Shown here: positions 54,811-64,000 of the stretch, in pieces | Position numbering within the stretch: the first letter of the stretch is position 1 | How the letters are laid out: each line of letters begins with the position of its first letter | Source of the DNA: Macrostomum lignano | Lineage: Eukaryota | Direction: 5' to 3' | Assembly (NCBI GenBank): GCA_002269645.1 | Contig: NIVC01000781.1 | Location: 62,001 to 126,000 of the forward strand | Length of the DNA stretch: 64,000 nt | The notes under the pieces: generated by a model | What the model saw: the letters and a program-made list of their open reading frames with translations, nothing else | The model's database searches: none | What the model was told of the DNA's origin: nothing | Position numbers and translations under genes: made by a program

Positions 54811-55986
54811 CTGTAAAATCAAGCTAAGCGTGACCAAGTATCCAACTGTGAAGCACCGCCCTGCCCAGAGCACCATGGACCATATTATATACTGAAAAGA
54901 TTTGAGTTTCCAATGCCAGATACAGTTGGAACTGAGCTCAAATTTCAGGCAAACTTAATTCTTGCCATCGGGCAGGCAAGCATACAAATTAGCAGCTAAA
55001 AGACTGTGTCGCTAATTATATGTTTTAGCATTATGCAAATTGGCGCAATACTTACATTAATACCGACTATGTACGCCTTCGGTGCTAATATCTAATCTTG
55101 CGCATTATTACTGGAATTCTGCAACAGCAGCTCAGGTGAAATGGGTACAAAAAACATCTCAGTTTTATCTGAATATATTCAATTATCCTGATTTACTTTC
55201 GTTGCCATGCAATAATTCGGTTGCATTTTTATTCATCATCATTTTAATTTTTATCCTTTCCTTAACTAAACAAAATCATTTTATCCGGTGTTTTAATTTT
55301 CAATAAGTTTTTTAACGAACACAGAAAAACAAATTAATCAAAAGCTAGCAGAGAAGTATGGCAGACGTGTAAAAAAGCCATTGTTGCATTTTCTGTTTAA
55401 TGATCAAAAATATCTGTTCCCAGAGCAAGTGAGGCCATTGTCGCAGCTGTTTGAGTGCAAACGCGCACCTGTACACCCCTCTTACCACGTCAGGAGGCCG
55501 AAGCTCCTAAAATGCACAGAGTTTCAGCGAGCAAATGTATTATTTACTAACCAAGTTAATAACTAATTATCGCCCCAGACTCACACCCAATTTCGGAACG
55601 CGCGAGCTCCATCAAAGCCAACAGTTTTGTCCACAGTAAATCGGCATTGTTGCTCGGAAGAATTTTAATTTTTCTATTTACAACTATCAATAAAGAAAGA
55701 TGATTGCGCGGTCTTTTTGAGCGGTCTTATTCATTTTTTGAAGTAGAATTATCGACTTGTATCAAGTGGCAAAACGAGAAGAGAGAACAGGAAAGAGGAG
55801 ATAAAAGGAGAGATGAGAGATGAGAGAGAGATGCCCGTATTTGGTCGGGCAAACGGATTTTAGGCGGCAGGCGCGTCGCCACCGGGGGGACAGGTCCCCC
55901 CCAGTAAAAGTTATAGGGGACATCCCAATTCTTTGTCCCCCCCCACCCCACCTTTGTTGACCCGTTATGGAAATCAATAATTTTGC

Positions 55987-58900
55987 TGCAGGGCAACAAA
56001 AGATAGTGCCTGCGGCGCTAAAATGAGTGCCTGCGGCGCTAAAATGAGTGCCTGTGGCGCTAAAATGAGTGCCTGCGGCGCTAAAATGAGTGCCTGTGGC
56101 GCTAAAATGAGTGCCTGCGGCGCTAAAATGAGTGCCTGCGGCACCAAAATGAGTGCCTGCAGCGCTAAATGAGTGCCTGCGGCGCTAAAATGAGTGCCTG
56201 CGGCGCTAAACTGAGTGCCTGTGGCGCTAAAATGAGTGCCTGCGGCGCTAAAATGAGTGCCTGCGACGCTAAAATGAGTGCCTGCGGCGCTAAAATGAGT
56301 GCCTGCGGCGCTAAAATGAGTGCCTGCGGCGCTAAAATGACTGCCTGCGGCGCTAAAATGAGTGCCTGCGGCGCTAAAATGAGTGCCTGCGGCGCTAAAA
56401 TGAGTGCCTGCGACGCTAAAATGAGTGCCTGTGGCGCTGAAATGAGTGCCTGCGGCGCTAAAATGAGTGCCTGCGGCGCTAAAATGAGTGCTTGCGGCAC
56501 CAAAATGAGTGCCTGCGGCGCTAAAATGAGTGCCTGCGGCGCTAAAATGAGTGCCTGCGGCGCTAAAATAAGTGCCTGCGGCGCTAAACTGAGTGCCTGC
56601 GGCGCTAAAATGAGTGCCTGCGGCGCTAAAATGAGTGCCTGCGGCGCTAAACTGAGTGCCTGCAGCGCTAAAATGAATTCCTGCGGCGCTAAAATGAGTG
56701 CCTGCGGCGCTAAAATGAGTGCCTGCGGCGCTAAAATGACTGCCTGCGGCGCTAAAATGAGTGCCTGCGGCGCTAAAATGACTGCCTGCGGCGCTAAAAT
56801 GAGTGCCTGCGACGCTAAAATGAGTGCCTGTGGCGCTGAAATGAGTGCCTGCGGCGCTAAAATGAGTGCCTGCAGCGCTAAAATGAATTCCTGCGGCACC
56901 AAAATGAGTGCCTGCAGCGCTAAATGAGTGCCTGTGGCGCTAAAATGAGTGCCTGCGGCGCTAAAATGAGTGCCTGCGACGCTAAAATGAGTGCCTGCGA
57001 CGCAAAAATGAGTGCCTGTGGCGCTAAAATGAGTGCCTGCGGCGCTAAAATGAGTGCCTGTGGCGCTAAAATGAGTGCCTGCGGCGCTAAACTGAGTGCC
57101 TGCAGCGCTAAAATGAATGCCTGCGGCGCTAAAATGAGTGCCTGCGGCGCTAAAATGAGTGCCTGCGGCGCTAAAATGACTGCCTGCGGCGCTAAAATGA
57201 GTGCCTGCGGCGCTAAAATGACTGCCTGCGGCGCTAAAATGAGTGCCTGCGGCGCTAAACTGAGTGCCTGCGGCGCAAAAATGAGTGCCTGCGGCGCTAA
57301 ACTGAGTGCCTGCGGCGCTAAAATGAGTGCCTGCGGCGCTAAAATGAGTGCCTGCGACGCTAAAATGAGTGCCTGTGGCGCTGAAATGAGTGCCTGCGGC
57401 GCTAAAATGAGTGCCTGCGGCGCTAAAATGAGTGCTTGTGGCACCAAAATGAGTGCCTGCGGCGCTAAAATGAGTGCCTGCGGCGCTAAAATGAGTGCCT
57501 GCGGCGCTAAATGAGTGCCTGCGACGCTAAAATGAGTGCCTGTGGCGCTAAAATGAGTGCCTGTGGCGCTAAAATGAGTGCCTGTGGCGCTAAAGTGAGT
57601 GCCTGCGGCGCTAAAATGAGTGCCTGCGGCGCTAAAATGAGTGCCTGCGGCGCTAAAATGAGTGCCTGCGGCGCTAAACTGAGTGCCTGCGGCGCTAAAA
57701 TGAGTGCCTACGGCGCTAAAATGAGTGCCTGCGGCGCTAAACTGAGTGCCTGCAGCGCTAAAATGAATGCCTGCGGCGCTAAAATGAGTGCCTGCGGCGC
57801 TAAAATGAGTGCCTGCGGCGCTAAAATGACTGCCTGCGGCGCTAAAATGAGTGCCTGCGGCGCTAAAATGACTGCCTGCGGCGCTAAAATGAGTGCCTGC
57901 GACGCTAAAATGAGTGCCTGTGGCGCTGAAATGAGTGCCTGCGGCGCTAAAATGAGTGCCTGCGGCGCTAAAATGAGTGCTTGCGGCACCAAAATGAGTG
58001 CCTGCGGCGCTAAAATGAGTGCCTGCGGCGCTAAATGAGTGCCTGCGGCGCTAAAATGAGTGCCTACGGCGCTAAAATGAGTGCCTGCGGCGCTAAAATG
58101 AGTGCCTGCGGCGCTAAAATGAGTGCTTGCGGCACCAAAATGAGTGCCTGCAGCGCTAAATGAGTGCCTGCGGCGCTAAAATGAGTGCCTGCGGCGCTAA
58201 AATGAGTGCCTGTGGCGCTAAAATGAGTGCCTGCGGCGCTAAAATGAGTGCCTGTGGCGCTAAAATGAGTGCCTGCGGCGCTAAAATGAGTGCCTGCGGC
58301 GCTAAAATGAGTGCCTGCGGCGCTAAAATGAGTGCCTGCGGCGCTAAAATGAGTGCCTGCGGCGCTAAACTGAGTGCCTGCGGCGCTAAAATGAGTGCCT
58401 GCGGCGCTAAAATGAGTGCCTGCGGCGCTAAACTGAGTGCCTGCAGCGCTAAAATGAATGCCTGCGGCGCTAAAATGAGTGCCTGCGGCGCTAAAATGAG
58501 TGCCTGCGGCGCTAAAATGACTGCCTGCGGCGCTAAAATGAGTGCCTGCGGCGCTAAAATGACTGCCTGCGGCGCTAAAATGAGTGCCTGCGACGCTAAA
58601 ATGAGTGCCTGTGGCGCTGAAATGAGTGCCTGCGGCGCTAAAATGAGTGCCTGCGGCGCTAAAATGAGTGCTTGCGGCACCAAAATGAGTGCCTGCAGCG
58701 CTAAATGAGTGCCTGCGGCGCTAAAATGAGTGCCTGCGGCGCTAAAATGAGTGCCTGTGGCGCTAAAATGAGTGCCTGCGGCGCTAAAATGAGTGCCTGT
58801 GGCGCTAAAATGAGTGCCTGCGGCGCTAAAATGAGTGCCTGCGGCGCTAAAATGAGTGCCTGCGGCGCTAAAATGAGTGCCTGCGGCGCTAAAATGACTG

Positions 58901-60938
58901 CCTGCGGCGCTAAAATGAGTGCCTGCGGCGCTAAAATGAGTGCCTGCGGCGCTAAAATGACTGCCTGCGGCGCTAAAATGAGTGCCTGCGACGCTAAAAT
59001 GAGTGCCTGTGGCGCTGAAATGAGTGCCTGCGGCGCTAAAATGAGTGCCTGCGGCGCTAAAATGAGTGCTTGTGGCACCAAAATGAGTGCCTGCGGCGCT
59101 AAAATGAGTGCCTGCGGCGCTAAAATGAGTGCCTGCGGCGCTAAATGAGTGCCTGCGACGCTAAAATGAGTGCCTGTGGCGCTAAAATGAGTGCCTGTGG
59201 CGCTAAAATGAGTGCCTGTGGCGCTAAAGTGAGTGCCTGCGGCGCTAAAATGAGTGCCTGCGGCGCTAAAATGAGTGCCTGCGGCGCTAAAATGAGTGCC
59301 TGCGGCGCTAAAATGAGTGCCTGCGGCGCTAAACTGAGTGCCTGCGGCGCTAAAATGAGTGCCTGCGGCGCTAAAATGAGTGCCTGCGGCGCTAAACTGA
59401 GTGCCTGCAGCGCTAAAATGAATGCCTGCGGCGCTAAAATGAGTGCCTGCGGCGCTAAAATGAGTGCCTGCGGCGCTAAAATGACTGCCTGCGGCGCTAA
59501 AATGAGTGCCTGCGGCGCTAAAATGACTGCCTGCGGCGCTAAAATGAGTGCCTGCGACGCTAAAATGAGTGCCTGTGGCGCTGAAATGAGTGCCTGCGGC
59601 GCTAAAATGAGTGCCTGCGGCGCTAAAATGAGTGCTTGCGGCACCAAAATGAGTGCCTGCGGCGCTAAAATGAGTGCCTGCGGCGCTAAATGAGTGCCTG
59701 CGGCGCTAAAATGAGTGCCTACGGCGCTAAAATGAGTGCCTGCGGCGCTAAAATGAGTGCCTGCGGCGCTAAAATGAGTGCTTGCGGCACCAAAATGAGT
59801 GCCTGCAGCGCTAAATGAGTGCCTGCGGCGCTAAAATGAGTGCCTGCGGCGCTAAAATGAGTGCCTGTGGCGCTAAAATGAGTGCCTGCGGCGCTAAAAT
59901 GAGTGCCTGTGGCGCTAAAATGAGTGCCTGCGGCGCTAAAATGAGTGCCTGCGGCGCTAAAATGAGTGCCTGCGGCGCTAAAATGAGTGCCTGCGGCGCT
60001 AAAATGAGTGCCTGCGGCGCTAAACTGAGTGCCTGCGGCGCTAAAATGAGTGCCTGCGGCGCTAAAATGAGTGCCTGCGGCGCTAAACTGAGTGCCTGCA
60101 GCGCTAAAATGAATGCCTGCGGCGCTAAAATGAGTGCCTGCGGCGCTAAAATGAGTGCCTGCGGCGCTAAAATGACTGCCTGCGGCGCTAAAATGAGTGC
60201 CTGCGGCGCTAAAATGACTGCCTGCGGCGCTAAAATGAGTGCCTGCGACGCTAAAATGAGTGCCTGTGGCGCTGAAATGAGTGCCTGCGGCGCTAAAATG
60301 AGTGCCTGCGGCGCTAAAATGAGTGCTTGCGGCACCAAAATGAGTGCCTGCAGCGCTAAATGAGTGCCTGCGGCGCTAAAATGAGTGCCTGCGGCGCTAA
60401 AATGAGTGCCTGTGGCGCTAAAATGAGTGCCTGCGGCGCTAAAATGAGTGCCTGTGGCGCTAAAATGAGTGCCTGCGGCGCTAAAATGAGTGCCTGCGGC
60501 GCTAAAATGAGTGCCTGCGGCGCTAAAATGAGTGCCTGCGGCGCTAAAATGACTGCCTGCGGCGCTAAAATGAGTGCCTGCGGCGCTAAAATGAGTGCCT
60601 GCGGCGCTAAAATGAGTGCCTGCGACGCTAAAATGAGTGCCTGTGGCGCTGAAATGAGTGCCTGCGGCGCTAAAATGAGTGCCTGCGGCGCTAAAATGAG
60701 TGCTTGCGGCACCAAAATGAGTGCCTGCGGCGCTAAAATGAGTGCCTGCGGCGCTAAATGAGTGCCTGCGGCGCTAAAATGAGTGCTTGCGGCACTAAAA
60801 TGAGTGCCTGCGACGCTAAAATGAGTGCCTGCGGCGCCAAAATGAGTGCCTGTGGCGCTAAAATGAGTGCCTGCGGCGCTAAAATGAGTGCCTGCGGCGC
60901 TAAAATGAGTGCCTGCGGCGCTAAATGAGTGCCTGTGG
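55987..60938. repeat. ~5-kb 21-bp satellite (TGAGTGCCTGCGGCGCTAAAA) with higher-order structure
   Basis: About 235 units. Diagnostic variants and 20-bp units recur with a ~1.65-kb period. Confidence 0.98.
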
Positions 60939-61494
60939 CAAACGAAGACCAAAGAAGGCAAACAATTACTGACAAAATAGTCGCGAAAAAACATCGGAAG
61001 CGCGCAATTCTTTTAGGCATCTATTATTTATTCCATTGAGTTCAATTAATTGACATCCGAATTTGAATGGTTTATATGCACAGTTTACTATTAATAGTAC
61101 ATTTAACTTATAAAGAGACAAGATTGGTCCCATCATTAGGGTGTTCAAAAGCTCAGAAAACAACTTAATTTACATTATCCTGATAGCAAAGGTAATTATC
61201 GATAGTAAAAGTGTTGCATAATTATCAAGACTGCAATTAAAACAAAATCTTCACGCGACTAAAGCAAATTAATTGTATCAAAGAACCAGAAAAAATGCCT
61301 AACAATACTAGCCGGGTCTGGAACTATTAACTAAAATTGCAATGTACATGTACTATTCGAATATATCGATATTACAAACGCACTTGTTCGACCAGTCTGA
61401 TCCAGGTGACTATCAATATAAAACCAGGGTTAATATGACCTACGAGCGTATGCTGAGAGCGTAACATTTGATGAAGGGATGAGAAACGTTTGAG

Positions 61495-62105
61495 GAAGGG
61501 AGATCTCGCACAGAAGAATAAGATCTCAGAGTCCAGTGAGATCTTAGAGTCAGGTGAGCTCTCAGAGACGAATGAGATCTCAGAGTCAAGTGAGGGATAT
61601 CTCACAGCCAGGTGAGTGAGATCTTGAGTCCGGAGAGATCTCACGTACAGTCAGATGAGTAAGATCTTGAGTCCGCTGAGATCTCACAGCCAGGTGAGTG
61701 AGATCTTGAGTCCGGTAAGATCTCACAGTCAGATGAGTAAGATCTTGAGTCCGGTGAGATCTCATAGTCAGGTGAGTAAGATCCTGAGTCCGCTGAGATC
61801 TCACAGCCAGGTGAGTGAGATCTTGAGTCCGGTGAGATCTCACAGTCAGATGAGTAAGATCTTGAGTCCGGTGAGATCTCATAGTCAGGTGAGTAAGATC
61901 TTGAGTCCGGTGAGATCTCATAGTCAGGTGAGTAAGATCCTGAGTCCGGTGAGATCTCACAGCTAGGTGAGTAAGATCTTGAGTCCGGTGAGATCTCAGA
62001 GTCAGGTGAGTGAGATCTTGAGTCCGGTGAGATCTCACAGCTAGGTGAGTAAGATCTTGAGTCCGGTGAGATCTCACAGTCAGGTGAGAGATCTCAGTCA
62101 GGTCC
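61495..62105. repeat. 39-bp minisatellite (GAGATCTCACAGTCAGGTGAGTAAGATCTTGAGTCCGGT) 3' of the WIPI stop
   Basis: Directly visible. Confidence 0.95.
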
Positions 62106-62212
62106 TGGTGAGAGTCTCGAACACCGGTGTAAAAAATCTTTAACGTTCTACCAGCCGTCAAAGGATTGAATATGTAAGCTCAGGCTCAAAGCACCGCTTG
62201 CTAACTGACAAA

Positions 62213-64000
62213 TCACGCAGTCTCCGAAACGGCAGTCGCCGCCACCGCCGCAGGGACAGCCGTGGCATCTTCAGCAGCCCGGCCGCCTCGCAGGTCCAAC
62301 AGTCCGGCCAGCTGGCAATCGCCACCCAGCCTCTCGTCGACATCGTAGATGGCCAACTGTCCGACATCGCCGGACATTGCGCACAACAATCTCAACTGCC
62401 GGCCAATGTAAGCCAGGGCGCAGACGGACCGGCCTGGACCCGAGCGACTGCCCGTGGACAGTCTGGCTGTGGCGAAGTCACGGTCCTGCGACAGGGCGGC
62501 TGGCAGATAGGCAGAGGTGGCCCGGTAGGCCCAGCTAGCCCAGGATTGCTGCTGATTCGCCTGCTGTTGCTGCTGCTGCTTCTAGAGGACAGTTAGAAAA
62601 AGTTTTATCGCATTCGAACCAAAATCAATATAAAGGACGACCCTGCAAAATGCAAAACTGACTCTACAGACACTGAGGAACAGACCCTGCAAAACACTGA
62701 GAAACAGACCCTACAAAACACTGAGAAACAGACCCTACAAAACACTGAGAAACAGACCCTGCAAAACACTGAGAAACAGACCCTGCAAAACACTGAGAAA
62801 CAGACCCTACAAAACACTGAAAAACAGACCCTACAAAACACTGAGACCCAGCTAGCACAATAGACCCACCTCCAAATGCTGCTGCTGCGGATCCAGGCAG
62901 AACACGTGCAGAGTCTCAGTGTTGGAGCAGCAGGCCAATAAGCTGCTGTCCCGACTGAAGGCCAGGGAATGCAGCTGGACGCAGCGCTTCACGCCGCGTC
63001 GGAATTCAGCCACGCGTTCGCCATCTGGCACAGAGTAGACCCGAATCACCGTGCCCTTCTCCGAGGCGGTGGCCAAACGAGTGGCAGTTGAGTCGAAAGC
63101 CAGCGCGGCTAGCGGACTGTTGTGAGCGGGTATCTGGGGGCAACAGGGGAGGGGGGCGTTGGGCATCACCCTAAATGCAATTAATCATTCGGATCCCTAA
63201 TCCTAGGACTAGGATTCCTAATCCGGTGAATTAGATTCCTAATCCGGTGAATTAGACTCCTAATCCGGTGAATTAGATTCCTAATCCGGTGAATTAGATT
63301 CCTAATCCGGTGAATTAGATTCCTAATCCGGTGAATTAGATTCCTAATCCGGTGAATTGAACTCCTAATCCGGTGAATTAGACTCCTAATCCGGTGAATT
63401 AGATTCCTAATCCGGTGAATTGAACTCCTAATCCGGTGAATTAGATTCCTAATCCTGTGAATAAGATTCCTAATCCGGGGATTTAGGTTCCTAATCCGAT
63501 GAATTAGATTCCTAATCCGGGGATTTAGATTCCTAATCCGGTGAATTAGATTCCTAATCCGGGGATTTAGATTCCTAATCCGGTGAGTTAGATTCCTAAT
63601 CCGGGGATTTAGATTCCTAATCCGGTGAATTAGATTCCTAATCCGGGGATATCTAAGCCTAACCTGAGGATATCAATGCCTAATCCGAGGATATTAATGC
63701 TTAATCTGTGGATTTCTTTTCAAAGCGCAGCTCAACTCAGCAAAACAAACTAAACTCACAGAGCACAGCTGCCTCAGCGCCATCGCGTCAAACACTCTGG
63801 CCTCGCCGGTGCCTCCGCTGCCATTAGCAGGATAGGCCAGCATGCAGGCGTCCTGGTCAGAGCACAGCGCGCACAGGCCCTGCCTATTGCCTGTTGAATC
63901 GCGCACCGTGTGCACCACCTTCATGTCCTGCAGGCTGTGCAGATGGAGCGAGTCCGCTAAACAGACAACCAGGCGCTGACGGCTGAGGCGGACTGTCAGC
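62213..64000 (-). CDS. WIPI2: WIPI1/2 / Atg18 PROPPIN, 3' part. Exons 63760->64000, 62870-63133, 62213-62581
   Basis: [29 protein letters not shown]..., [13 protein letters not shown]...[12 protein letters not shown], the phosphoinositide-binding EFRRG motif, SNTETLHVF and [10 protein letters not shown]. Introns are phase 0, GT-AG. The 5' end lies beyond the window. Confidence 0.93.
62635..62846. repeat. 24-bp minisatellite (CAGACCCTACAAAACACTGAGAAA) in a WIPI intron
   Basis: Directly visible. Confidence 0.95.
63195..63715. repeat. 21-bp minisatellite (TTAGATTCCTAATCCGGTGAA) in a WIPI intron
   Basis: Directly visible. Confidence 0.96.

Noticed and set aside
55987-60938. CRISPR-like array or (MSACGAK)n protein
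   Set aside because: It is a head-to-tail satellite without unique spacers, in a eukaryotic context with no cas genes. The ORFs are repeat translations.

Overview
This is eukaryotic (animal, invertebrate) genomic DNA. The intron-rich genes, polyQ/polyA-rich exons and minisatellite-filled introns would fit a flatworm such as Macrostomum, but that assignment is inference only. Six genes can be reconstructed by eye: FoxA/forkhead (-, single exon, two apparent 1-bp indels), calmodulin (-, with two alternative terminal exons), a RING-CH/MARCH-type E3 ligase (-), a retinoblastoma-family pocket protein (-, 8 coding exons, ~869 aa), a UBL + AN1 zinc-finger gene (+, ZFAND4-like) and a WIPI/Atg18 gene (-, 5' end outside the window). 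About 26 different tandem arrays fill most introns and intergenic space, and most long ORFs in the supplied track are artefacts of these arrays. Several non-autonomous DNA transposons with clear TIRs and TSDs are present, mostly in the 9.6-kb first intron of the RB-like gene. The most unusual signal is a hAT-type MITE family carrying a ~63-nt piece of the 28S rRNA H69-H71 region (five copies of the segment in the window). Its flanks are conserved, while the 19-nt core covering the I-PpoI/R2/Pokey target site is scrambled in every copy, and in one copy a second transposon has inserted into that core. Also notable are the duplicated calmodulin last exon and dense forkhead-motif clusters around FoxA.
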